Source: Octopus vulgaris (Eukaryota). Taken from it: a DNA stretch of 64,000 nt. Below, piece after piece: positions 1-11,581 of the stretch (positions are counted from its first letter, which is position 1; every line of letters starts with the position of its first letter). The DNA is taken from the NCBI GenBank assembly GCA_951406725.2, contig OX597827.1, forward strand, positions 82,646,001 through 82,710,000, in the 5' to 3' direction. Position numbers and translations under genes: made by a program. The notes beneath the pieces were generated by a model that was given only the letters and a program-made list of their open reading frames with translations, had not been told where the DNA came from and ran no database searches.

Positions 1-59
1 GGAAATGGTAACATTGGATTAAATAGTAAAACATCTTCCCTCATTTATCACGAGGCTTT

Positions 60-1320
60 GGTCTCAGACAACTACAGTGAAAAATTGGTCAGTGATAGGT
101 GAATCATCTCCATGGATTATCCTTGACCATCTCCACTTTTTCCTGCAGAGACTACACTCTTCTGCATCCTGTATCAGGATGTGGGGCTTCCATGTTTTAT
201 GGCCATTTCTCTTATCTTGATGGATACAAGTGTGTAAATCCGCATAAAAAAGAAAAACTACACTGCCTCACAGTATGGTTGTGTAAACACAAGTAATAGT
301 CCATGAATTTTGGGTAGCTGAGCATTGTACATGGTCACTGGGGTGTGTTTGTGGGGTATGAACAGAATCCTTGACTTATCACAGACCCTTATTATCACAA
401 ACCAATCCATAATCACAGTTTGAGTGTAACAAGGGTCACTATTGACAGTAACAAGTCTTCATGAATTGTTTTAATTATAGAGCAATCAAGGGCAATAACT
501 TCAGCTATGTTTCGAAATTATTAGACCTCATCAGAAGAACAAACACTATTTTGAGTATGCTACTTTCTGAAACTTAATCACTACTACAGCTACTAATTCC
601 TCTTAGTAGTCGTAGTAGTGGTGAGAGAATCACAACTATTAGACCTCCTCAGTAGACCGTAATAAGAAGGAAAACATGTTTCAAATTGTCTCCCTTGCTT
701 TCAAAAAATGTTTCAGATAATATTTGTCATTGAGATAATGTCTTTTCCTCTCCACGTGATTATTTGTAATTAGTAGGTTAATCAACTGAACATGAATTAA
801 TAGACATGAAAGTATGAAATATTCAGGGAGGATAACATTAATCTCTCCTCTACATAATTACCAGCCTCTGCTTATTGTGATCATCTGAGGGGGGAGCCTT
901 TTGAATAACAAAGACCAGCTGACATTATGTTTAACATTAAGAGTTTGGGACCCACTTAGTTTTATAACAATGGCTATTTGATGGTATTAGCTTCCTCTGT
1001 ATCAAATTTTCTCTTTCTAAATCATTAAGTCTCCCTGCCAGCCGCGATACTCAGAACAGCGTCTCCCACGGATCTAAGAAGTTTATTAAATCCTTTTTTA
1101 TTCATAAATGGTTTTCTCCAAACATTTGACCTTCAAAACTACTCAACTGAACACTAATCCAATGAGCATTACTCAGACACCCACCCATGGCCATCCAAGC
1201 AGAAAGTTCTAAGATGGCTTTGGGCTGAGACAAGCTTCCAACACAGATGAAATTATAAATTTCACAATCACACATTTTGACTGTTTAAACTTTAAAATGA
1301 TTAACCTTCAAAATAAACCA
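60..1320 (-). mobile_element. Possible highly decayed gag-like ORF1 of an I-group/Jockey-type LINE
   Basis: Minus-strand fragments resemble ORF1 motifs (ENPF-x-x-KK near 1100-1125, QTLN near 940, Cys/His and EK-x-E-x-VK near 120-200) but are full of stops and frameshifts. Confidence 0.25.
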
Positions 1321-2012
1321 TGAAAATAGGAAAGGCTTGTGTGGTCTTCCTTGGCAGTCCTGAAGACCACAACCAAACGAAAACAAACAACAAACTCAAG
1401 CGAACTTGCTGTGTCTTGGCATTGTCTGTATTCTTTGACTGTGTTTTATAAGCGAACACAGCAAATGAATGAGAGATTTCTCTGAGACACAGCTGTAAGT
1501 GCCATCCTCACATTGTTGGGCTTTCAGGTGGCTTTAATTCAATTTCCTGATTTTTATTCAACCATTCAGAAAAGTGAAGCTGATGCTAATTGCTTATCAC
1601 AGACAACCTAGCTGTAGTGGTGGCCGAGTGACAGTGGCAAGGATGGAGAGGAGGGAGGGAAGGAGGGGGGAAGGAAGAGGAGAGCAGAGGAGGAGATGTT
1701 TCCCCCCCCCCCCTTAAGTGGATCAGCTGGCTTTCTATAGAAAATGACTGAAACATCTTGGTTTATCGAGTGTTTCCCGTTTATCGTTGGAACTTCTGTG
1801 TGATCAATGAACCTGCTAGAAAGAGCAGCCATAGCACTTTGTCTTAAAAGTGGACAGAGACATTAGACAATGTCAAACCAAGATATATTATGGCTAAATA
1901 ATTGACAGGATGGTCATGGCCAGAACACTTTTCATCAATAGTTTGCAGTTTGAAAATTGATCCTGGGATGAAAACAACTTATCAGGAATCTGAAATTGAT
2001 GGTAGCCATTAA

Positions 2013-2123
2013 CACCACCACCACCACTACCATCATCACTACCATCACCACTACCACTATTTCCGTCATCATCATCACCACCATCACCATCATTATAGTC
2101 ATCACTACCACCCTCTTCATGAT

Positions 2124-2155
<32 letters not shown>

Positions 2156-2165
2156 CCATCACAAT
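2013..2165. repeat. (CAC/CAT)n trinucleotide microsatellite
   Basis: Directly visible. Confidence 0.95.
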
Positions 2166-3039
2166 TATGATTTTGATATGTTTTTCCATTCTGGCATTAT
2201 TTGGATAGGAATTATGGCAATAAAGTTTTACAGATGGTGACCCTTCTTCGTGCTGGCCCTTTCCGCCACCCTTGACAACACAGAGGGATCAAAATGTTCC
2301 TATTCTAAAAACAGGAACACACAAAATACAACTATATTGTTTTTTATTTAACTCTGACCCCAGAAACACCCTTTGGGGTGTTGGTGAGGTGTGATTTCTC
2401 TGATCCACCTCAATCTACCCCTGGTATTTCTTTAATCTACCCCGCAAGATGTGAAGACAAACAAGACTTGAGTGGGATTTCACTCCGTTACATAAAGAGA
2501 CACAATTAAAAATATGTTCAGTGAGGCAGTGTGTCCTTTTCTCTCACCACAGACAGAATTACTTTGAGGCAAGAACTAATAGACTCATTCTAATTAGAAA
2601 GTCCCCAAATCAATGTCCAAGTCGTAATTTGGACAAACACATTTGATTGTTTGACTTGAGGCCTCTCCTAAACTTCCCTGATACCTCAGAGATAGTGTGT
2701 GTGTGTGAGGATAACAAGGGTTGTTTAGCCTTGCAGATTACAAAGCAACCCCATTAGTGCTGGTGCCATGCAAAGAAAGCACCCAGTCTGCTCTGAATTG
2801 TGATAATGCGGCTGACATTGGGAAATGGTGTGTCCTTGGTCACCTGCCCCCATCTCACTAGATCTTCCTGAACCATTCAACATGCTTGCATAGAAAGGGG
2901 ACATAAAATGATGATGATGATATTATAGAAGTAGTTATTTCCAAGAGGCAACAAAAATATAATCTTAAGTATTCATGAGCCTTGAAGACATTAATATAAA
3001 AACTGCCAACAGTGTGTGGCATAAGAAAAACTACATTAT

Positions 3040-3566
3040 ATATGGCTGCCCCCTCGTTATCGAGTATGGCCATTGCATGAAGCTTAACTGTTACTGGTGC
3101 TGTGATCGAATGTGACTTTTTAGACCAGCTAAAGATCTACAATGTCTTGTACAGAATTGGCAACTAAAACCTTTACCGGTAATAGCCGGCTGTAGTTGTA
3201 ACTGGGCTTCATGTACCTTTGCATGTCGTTTAAGTCCTCCTGCCAAATTACACTCTCTTCCACATGCCCGACAGATATGATTAGTATGGTGTGTTACACC
3301 ACCACCAGTGGCCAGGCTGTCACTCATTTGTCTCGTTTTATGACTACGAAGATGACTCATGAGTCCAGCTTTACTGAGGCAGGGTCTTGCACAGACATTG
3401 CATGTCAGCATCAAAGGAAGACCCTTCCCATCTGGAAGTGTAACAGCGATGCCCTTCCTGACATCCCTCCTTACTTTCTCATGTGCAACTCGAGATTTCT
3501 CAAACGTGGCTGTCCCCTCATGCACAATCCTTCTCAACCTACTACGATCAATAGCTATGTCTTCCC

Positions 3567-3570
<4 letters not shown>
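3040..3570 (-). mobile_element. 5'-truncated RTE-clade LINE 3' end: ORF2 C-terminus with three C2H2 zinc fingers plus 3' UTR
   Basis: TWEDIAIDRSRLRRIVHEGTATFEKSR...RRDVRK matches the RTE WE-x2-A-x-DR-x2-WR...G...FE-x2-R signature; three C-x2-C-x12-H-x3/4-H motifs; RTE-like terminal GGCCATACTCGATAACGAGGGGGCAGCC; begins at a (TA)n tract. Confidence 0.8.
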
Positions 3571-3598
<28 letters not shown>

Positions 3599-3600
<2 letters not shown>

Positions 3601-3746
3601 CTCTCTGTGTATCTTTCTGTTGAAGAGCATAGGCTCAAAATGTTAAAGACTTGTTTTATTTATATTTCCTGAGCGCCATACTAATACAATTGTTTGTTTG
3701 TTTCCCACCTGCCTTCGTCTTTTGTCTATTTTCATAAAGCTTCCCG

Positions 3747-3748
<2 letters not shown>
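3599..3748 (+). mobile_element. Short non-autonomous element in (TA)n with degenerate hammerhead-like core
   Basis: Flanked by (TA)n on both sides; CTGTTGA-A-GAGC-ATAG-GCTC-AAAATGTT at 3617-3644; related copies near 34740-34900 and 56868-57065. Confidence 0.55.
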
Positions 3749-3792
<44 letters not shown>

Positions 3793-4154
3793 TATAAATT
3801 ATATATGCAGTTATATTATACAAAATTAAACACAGCAGACACAACCATGAGAATTAATGAGTGAGGGTTGCAATGGCTGTGTTGGTATGCCTGGGTAGAC
3901 TTCTCTAAGTGTTCATTGTATGCCATGGACTTTCCTGTCATAAACAACAGAAACAACAGGTGGGGGCCTTCTTCTTGCTGTACAGAAGATCTGTTTATTG
4001 CAGTCAAATGTTTGCTCCTCTCTGCAGAAGTTCATTCCTTCCAACAGATCTGTGAAGTGCCTCTAAAGGTGCCCAATGTGCCACCCATCACATGGCAAAA
4101 GAATCACAGATCAACAAGAAATAAAGACTTTTGCTCTCTCTCTATATTATTCTT

Positions 4155-4362
4155 TTAATCTTTTACTTGTTTCTGTCATTTGACTGTGGCCATGCTGGAG
4201 CACTGCCTTTAGTTGAACAAATCAACACTAGGACTTATTCTTTGTAAGCCTAGTACTTATTCTATCAGTCTCTTTTACTAAACCACTAAGTTATGGGGAT
4301 ATAAACACACCAACATCGGTTGTCAAGCAATGGTGGTGGGGAAAACAGACACACAAACATAT

Positions 4363-4417
<55 letters not shown>

Positions 4418-4580
4418 CGACGGGCTTCTTTCAGTTTCTATCTACCAAATTCACTTACAAGGCTTTGGTTAGCTGCAGGCTATAGTAGAAGACACTTGCC
4501 CAAGGTTCCACACAGTGGGACTGAACTTAGAACCATGTGGTTTGTAAGCAAGCTTCTTACCTCACATCCACACCTGCGTC
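4155..4580 (-). mobile_element. tRNA-headed SINE, family A
   Basis: Minus strand: A/B-box-like head, CCTTGGGCAAGTGTCTT, internal TA/CA tract and 3' GCTCCAGCATGGCCACAGTCAAATGAC tail; several copies in window. Confidence 0.85.
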
Positions 4581-4881
4581 TATAATATATATTTCTTCTT
4601 TCACATGTTGAGGTCAGTAGACTGTGGCCATGCTAGAGCATCACTTTGAAGAATTTTAGTTGAATGAATCAACCCCCGTTTTATCTTCAAATCTGGTACT
4701 TATTCCATCAGTCTCGTTTGTTGTACTGCACAGTTACAAGGACAAAAATACATGAACCCCAGTCAATAAGTATGTATGTATAGAGAGGCATGCATAAGGG
4801 AGAGAATTTTTTGCGTAAATGGTGGTGTATCACATCCAATACAGATATGTTTGTAGACATGTATAGGGCCTTGCATGACTA

Positions 4882-4914
<33 letters not shown>

Positions 4915-5817
4915 TTTTCTTTTACTCTTAGGATAATGTTCCTTTGGAAACACTACTAAAGATTCCATAGATGAACCCTTATCAAATAGACGCTCCTAAT
5001 GTGACCATTTCGTCAGTTTTTGTTTCTGTTTTAGGGTATTAACAAAAAGAAAATCCAACAAATTTACTGATATTTCAATAAATTAAGCAAATTAATTCTT
5101 CCTCCCAATAATAAAAAACTTGTAAAAATCAAGAAATACTCGGAGTAACTGCACGAACAGACCCCAGTTAAGCATCTTTAGAATTAGAAAAACCCCCAGC
5201 CCCTTCCAAACGGAATAAATACTAGAAATACGTCAAAATATTATCATCCACGATTTGAGGGAGATTTTGCTGTCATTTCTAGCCGATGGAGTAACCACAT
5301 AGATGCCCACTTTCTCCCTCCTTTGGGTGTCCGTCTCTGTGGTCAGTGGTGTTGCCAAAGAATCTCCCGATTTGCCATTCCAGGCCTTTCGAGCATTTTA
5401 GCGTGTAGGAGAGTATGAGTTGCCTCCCTTACACCGTTGACCAGAAACAACGGATTCGCCGTGATTCAGAGTAATTGATGGCTGAGTTGATGAAGGGGAC
5501 GATGATCGGAGGCCGTCGATGCCTGCCGGTTCTGCACAATAATGGGGAGACTACACCTCTCAGCCGCAGGGTTTTAAAATAGAAACAAATCGTTTCTATT
5601 TCATTTCTACATCAAACAATTAAGTGAGAATTTCAGGAGGGAAAATATTACCAAGAATGGGACAAAGAGAATGGGGTCTGTGGCATACGCACGCTTATAC
5701 ACACACACAAACACACACACACACATGTTTTTGTGTTAGTTTTTGTGTTATGCATATATATATTATTATTTACATTATTTACATTTGACGGATATTTGTC
5801 CTCATCTAGTTTATTGT

Positions 5818-5865
5818 TAACACAACGTTTCGGCTGATGTACCCTCCAGCCTTAATCAGGTGTCT
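5818..5865 (-). ncRNA. Minimal type I hammerhead ribozyme motif in pLTR (core variant CUGAUUA)
   Basis: Minus strand GACAC-CTGATTA-A-GGCTG-(loop)-CAGCC-GAAAC-GTT-GTGTT: stems I and II pair, palindromic stem III, G8 mutated. Confidence 0.65.
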
Positions 5866-5930
5866 TGGGGAAATTGCAAACCTGGGTTCCCATTCCTAAG
5901 GTATTTTTCAATGTTGTTGTTGTTGTTATT

Positions 5931-6003
5931 CAGGTTACTGCTGAGAATCGAACTCGGAATCTTGGGGTTAGTAGCCTGTACTCTTAACCACTACACCATA
6001 TGC
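5931..6003 (-). other. tRNA-like Pol III unit (A box TGGTGTAGTGG, B box GTTCGATTC) inside the Penelope-like 3' region
   Basis: Minus strand GCATATGGTGTAGTGGTTAAGAGTACAGGCTACTAACCCCAAGATTCCGAGTTCGATTCTC; anticodon-like loop CT-ACT-AA; no proper acceptor stem, so not a tRNA gene. Confidence 0.7.
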
Positions 6004-6475
6004 AATTATTGAGTGAATTTTAGGGCTTATAAATCTAATATTCTCCTATCCTTCCTTAATATCGGTTCCCATATGCTATTCATATCTGCACTCACTTTGC
6101 TTAAGAGGTTGTTGTGTCCTAACATATGTGCTGCTTCTTTTAGTTTTCATATTTTCCAGTGGAGTTCTCTGTCTATTAATTTAACTTCATCCCACAGGTG
6201 GGGAGGTGGTCTCCATTTTTCCATACATGATCAGCTATACCCGATTTATCAATATCTCCCTGTGTCACAACTTTGCGATGTTCCTCTACCATTATTTTGA
6301 GGGGACGGCATGTTTCGCCCTTGTATAACCTACTGCAGCTGCATGGGATGGAGTACACGCAGTTCTTAATCATATTCTCTTCTATTGGTGGTTTTATTTG
6401 AAGGAGATATTTTCAAAGTGTTGTATTAATTTTGAATACCTTAGGAATGAGAACCCAAGTTCGAAATTTCCCAAG

Positions 6476-6520
6476 AAAACCTGATGAAGGCTGGAGGATA
6501 TATCAACCGAAACGTTGTGT
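6476..6520 (+). ncRNA. Minimal type I hammerhead ribozyme motif in inverted pLTR copy
   Basis: CTGATGA-A-GGCTG-GAGGATATAT-CAACC-GAAAC-GTT-GTGTT: intact core, single mismatches in stems I and II. Confidence 0.7.
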
Positions 6521-6775
6521 TTACAACAAACAAGATGTACATAATTCTTCATCTCTTAAATATAGAACTATATATATATATATGCATATATAGACACACA
6601 TGTGTACATACATATGTATATATGTATATAGCTATGCATATATCAGTACAGGATATCTCGAAAACATAAACAAACATGAAATACGAAGATAAAAAAGGGA
6701 AACGAATGGAAAACAAAATAAGTAACATAACATAAAAAAAAACGACCCTTGGCTGTCCTTCTACTTCTTATTTTG

Positions 6776-6818
<43 letters not shown>

Positions 6819-7400
6819 ATATACATACACTCATGTGCCTGTCTGTGCATGTGTGACAGAGTATGAGAGGCAGTGGTTTGCTGCTGTAGAGAAGAAGCCT
6901 GATGATTACCTCAAATAGAAAGAGAGAAAAGCAATAATGGTGAGGATGTGTTGGGACATAGCTCCAGGTATAAGAAGGCAAAGACAGAATAGAGACAGAG
7001 AATGAGTAAAGATGGACCCGGGTGGAGATGGGGTGGATGGTAGAAATGGAAGAGATCTTGGCAGAATATCTGGAACTCTCTCCAGTTATAGCTTTCTTTT
7101 TTGGTTCTGGGTTCAAATTCAACGGGGTTTTACTTTGCATTTCTCTCTTAACTGGCAAGAATCCTTAACTGGCATCAGCTGGACCCAGTGTTCCTCTCCA
7201 GATGTTCTGCCAGTCTCAGAAAGCATCAGCAATATTCTCTGACTGAATCAGAGAAAATAACTTTGTGTTGTTTAGTGACATCCCTTTGGTGCCACGAAAT
7301 GTTGAGTTCAGGGGTCACTGAAATGAATATCATTCAAATACAGAAATCAGTTACATTGACCATAGAGTGCCCCTATCCACATTTGTGTCTGTCTCCACTA

Positions 7401-7402
<2 letters not shown>

Positions 7403-7450
<48 letters not shown>
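7403..7450. repeat. (TTA)n microsatellite
   Basis: Directly visible. Confidence 0.95.
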
Positions 7451-7474
7451 GATTTTAAATCTTTTTTTGCTACT

Positions 7475-7681
7475 AAGGCAGAACTGTTAGCACACTGAGG
7501 AAGATACTTGGTGGTATTTCGTCTGTTTTTTCATTCTGAGTTCAAATTCCACCAAGGCTCATTTTGTTTGCCATCTTTTTGAGGTCAATAAAATAAGTAC
7601 CAGGGAAGTACTGGGGATCAATGTATTCAACTAGTCTCCTCCCCTAGACTTGCTGGCCTTGTGCCAAAATTTGAAACTATT
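7475..7681 (+). mobile_element. tRNA-headed SINE, family B (degenerate)
   Basis: GGCAGAA..GTTAGCAC..TTCTGAGTTCAAATTCC..AAATAAGTACCAG..CTGGCCTTGTGCCAAAATTTG; similar to the young copy at 37432-37664. Confidence 0.75.
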
Positions 7682-8055
7682 ATTACCTCCACCTTAACGA
7701 AGACGTTGGTATTGTTTTCAGTCATGTTTGTTTGTTTGTTTGTCCATGGACAAGATATCTCCAGAACTGAAGGATAGATTCGGATAAAACTTTCAGGGAT
7801 GTTTGGCCTCATAACTGTCATGAACTGATTAGATTTTGGGATAGATCCGGTACCAGACAAGGATTCGGGATTATTTTTCCTGTTTTTTTTACTTAATTTT
7901 TGAGAGCGATCAGGTTCATTTTTTAGCATTCTCGTTTGTGAGAGCAGTCGAGTTTATTTCAGATATTCCCATTTTAAAAATTATCTCTGGCTTAATTGTT
8001 GAGATAACATTGGTGTTGCCTTGACAGAAGTTTGTGCTCTCTGAGTGCTCTTGTT
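7682..8055 (+). mobile_element. Helentron-associated non-autonomous element (HINE/DINE-1-like)
   Basis: Starts ATTACCTCCACC, (GTTT)n near the 5' end, ends with degenerate inverted subterminal repeat and GTGCTCTCTGAGTGCTCTTGTT; second copy at 15268-15830. Confidence 0.65.
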
Positions 8056-8847
8056 ATATAATGAATTTAGAATCATTCCAGCATTCCATTACTTTTCTCA
8101 AAGCTGTAGTCCGCTATGTTACTGGATCAATTTCCCTTTTCACCTGAGTCAATTACAAACTTATAACACACCTGTAATTAATCATATCACATCTCCCACA
8201 ATACTTTATATCATGTCAAGATCAGAAATCATTATTATGAACTTTGTTGTGTGAGCTGAAAACTGTGCCTTTGAATTTCATTATGTCACAATCCTAAGAA
8301 ACGAATCCCCTTCATCCAAGTTTAAACAATCCTTAAATTTAATTGCCATTTAAATTTTAACCATCCCCATAATAATTAAACTGTTTGTATAACTAATTAG
8401 GAAGACATGAAACGGTTAATGTTATGTTTCCTTATACATCACAACTCCATAGTTCCTCTGTGTAGCACCAGAGTGTTGCAAAGTAGTAAGGAAAGCAAAA
8501 CCATGTCAATTTTTAGCACAAATGCCAGAAATATTCTGAAAGTCTGTGCTTGTAAAATAGGCCATATTTTTTGATATGGGTTGGTATAAGCAAGGGACGC
8601 AACTCCAAATAGGATTCTGTCTTCTAAATCGTTCCTCACTTGGCTGTGCTTTCTGGTGGATTGTGGCCAGCGGTGTTACAGACTCACCCACCTTAATGAG
8701 TAAGAGATGCTCAAACGATCTTGTGAGGATTTTTAAACCACAACCCATGGCTTAGAGACACCTGAGAGACACCAGTTACAGTTTGACATAAAGGGATACA
8801 ACTCTGGGCACTTTTACATCAATTTATTTATGCACAAGTAAATAATG

Positions 8848-8905
<58 letters not shown>

Positions 8906-9119
8906 TATAAACATACATAAAAATATATTTGCATGTGTGTGTGTGTGTGTTGTAAAAGTGTTGTTAGCTGGCTTCTCTGCCCTGTAGTTTTGTATGTGTA
9001 TAAAGGTTTGTTTTGCATTGCTATAGTAACCAATTGGCTGCATGAAATTTGGATATGTTATTATAAATATGTTGTGTGTATTTCTTAATTAAAAAGAAAA
9101 TAACAAATTTTCTTCATCC

Positions 9120-9680
9120 TCAAACTCCCAAGGATTCTTTCTGCAGCTTCAATGGAAATTTGGATGTCTTGGGTGTGATATAGCTGTATTTTGATGGAAG
9201 AAGCATTAGCATGGAGGTGTGATTGCCTGATGGTATTTCCGATGGAGAATTCATTGTGTTTGTTTTATACACAATGTAGGACTGCAGACATGTATTTTTA
9301 TTTCTGATCATGCAGTCGTGCAGTGTACATGAGGTGTACAGAGTCTACACTTGTTTTTTGTTAGGACTCTCTTCAGGATGGATTCAGAGTCTGCTTGTCC
9401 TGTGTTCAATCTCCCCCAAAAGGATTGCATGGCAAATTGTAGCAATTACTTTTTTTCCATTAAAATGTAGCAGTTTCAAAAAACAACATTATCCTTGGAT
9501 GTGTGGGTTTATTGGGTGGTCTGGCAATGTCCTTCAGTTTAGTGAAAGAGCATGGATGGCCAGCCTCCATCAGGACTTTTCTGGATTGTATGGTGGTAGT
9601 GTTTTTGTTTCCTTGCCTATGCATCCTGTGAGTCTCATTCCTAATGTAGGCCATCTTAGTTCTGTTGGGCAGGGATGAAT
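9120..9680 (-). mobile_element. Decayed Penelope-like element, GIY-YIG region
   Basis: Minus-strand Cys-rich linker, then TCLQSYIVYK and a frameshifted IGNTIRQ, resembling VY..C..YIG-x-T-x-R. Confidence 0.45.
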
Positions 9681-11209
9681 TATAATGCTCCAATAGGCCC
9701 CTGCATGCTGCTTTTCTCTGTGTGTGTGTGTGTGTGTGTGTGTAGATTATATACATGTTTGCTTGTATCCATGCCTCTGTGTGTGTGTGTTACATTGGAA
9801 TTGAAGAATATGTATAGATCAAAATGGAGAGATCCTGTCATGATGGAATGGCAGAAAAGGTGTGGAGTGGAAGTGGGCAGAATGTGTCCTTGAAATCACA
9901 AATTAGTTGTGATTTTCTTTATTAATCCAGTTACCATATGTTGGCCATTGGTCAATAGAATTCATTTCTATTAGAGTCAGTTATATTTGTCCAGTATAAC
10001 TAACCATAGTTGAATGCTTTAACGAAGTGATGTTTAAACCAACAACAGAGTTTCAATGTTGCCACTTGATCCACTGGACACAGGCAAATCTCTCTCAAAC
10101 CATTTGCTACTGCTGAAAAAGGAAAACACATAGCATGATGTAATCCTAGACACACTCAGCCTGCTGAACAGATGGGATACTTATGACTGGGATATCATTG
10201 ACCAAAGCCCCACTAGATTAGGGTCACTTGATAAACCCCTCACCCTGAACATCACTAATTCTTAGAGAGGACAATTGTTCCTTTTGTGGTCCATTTTTGG
10301 CAACATGACATCCTATTTTATCAAGATGCCCCACTCAAGCTCTGACAAAATATATTTGGAGACACGATAATAAAGTAAATCTGTTCACCATAGACACCTC
10401 ACTCTCCAGCTTTAGCTACTTCAACAAAATACCCTCAGGCACTCCTTTAATCTTTTTCCTGCTTAACAAAACGATACAGTGATAGCACTGTGGCTCTTTC
10501 ACACCCAAACAGGTCACCAGTTAGCACATGAGTCACATGCTATCTTACATGTTGTATTTTCAACATAACAATACCAAATGGCTGTAACGATGGGCAGAAG
10601 CGGGCTGAGAAACTAACAAAATTACACTGGTCTGGTGACTAAATTAATAATAATTCTGGTAATTGCAGGAACATTTATCAATCAGTTTATAATTAATACA
10701 AGTGGACTAAGATCAATCACATCTGAAAAGACTTTGACAAGTTATGAGAGACATTGAATCATTCCAGAACATTCAAATAATGCTAGTATTGGTAAATTTT
10801 ATTGCTGCATCTTCACACCATCATTTCTGAACATTCTGTGTTCTTCTTATATGTGTCTTTAAAATGAATCTAATTCTTTTCTTCTGTATTGCCTCCAAGA
10901 CCCATCATAACAACCATTCTCTGTTTCTTTACAGCACTCTATGATTTCAAACGCCCCACACCAGGTTCCGGTGATAAGAAGCAACATCAAGACTCATATA
11001 TGAAACCCTTCTTGTGATAATTGCACATTTCACGTACTTTGTGGAGTACAACAGTGACTGACCAGTGGAGTACACTATGACTGGTCAGTGGAGTACACTA
11101 GCACTGGTTTGTGGAGTACACCAGGACTAATGGTCAGTGAGATTCACAGACTGCAATCAATCAATCAAATTTGTGCTTACACACACCGATGTTTTGTACA
11201 TATACTTAC

Positions 11210-11540
11210 ATCTATACACTGTAATACATACAAAGATACACACACACACACACACACGAATACTCACATATGCACAATCCTTCTCTCTCTCTCTGAGAAA
11301 GAGAGGCATTATATATATATATATATATATAAATATTTATATATATACACACACACACACATATATATATATACATAGATACATACATATTCAGCTCTTG
11401 TCCATGCAAATCATTTCTCAACAAAATAAAAGTATATAATATGTACACACACACACACATATACATACACATACATTCATACACACATACATACATACAC
11501 ATATATATGCATATGCACATATATACATGCATACATGCAT

Positions 11541-11581
<41 letters not shown>

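Larger units (their letters stand above)
5770..6565 (-). mobile_element. Penelope-like element 3' remnant (GIY-YIG endonuclease) with inverted pLTR copies
   Basis: CVYSIPCSCSRLYKGETCRPLK..EEH..KSGIADHVW (6176-6373) is a Penelope/Poseidon-type GIY-YIG; 5779-5908 and 6433-6560 are inverted copies of the same terminal repeat. Confidence 0.85.

Noticed and set aside
1608-1832. Candidate minus-strand exon (..TTTCTAGCAG acceptor, RFIDHTEVPTINGKH)
   Set aside because: No good donor and no recognisable protein similarity
3091-3630. Host C2H2 zinc-finger gene
   Set aside because: Preceded by the RTE ORF2 terminal motif and followed by an RTE-type 3' end; the ORF start runs through a (TA)n tract; no TGEKP linkers
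5931-6003. Functional tRNA-Ser(ACT) gene
   Set aside because: Acceptor stem does not pair, no long variable arm, and it is embedded in a repeat
11041-11140. CRISPR-like GTGGAGTACA repeats with spacers
   Set aside because: Repeat is only 10-11 bp, spacers are ~12 bp and similar to each other; an ordinary ~23-bp minisatellite in eukaryotic DNA with no cas genes
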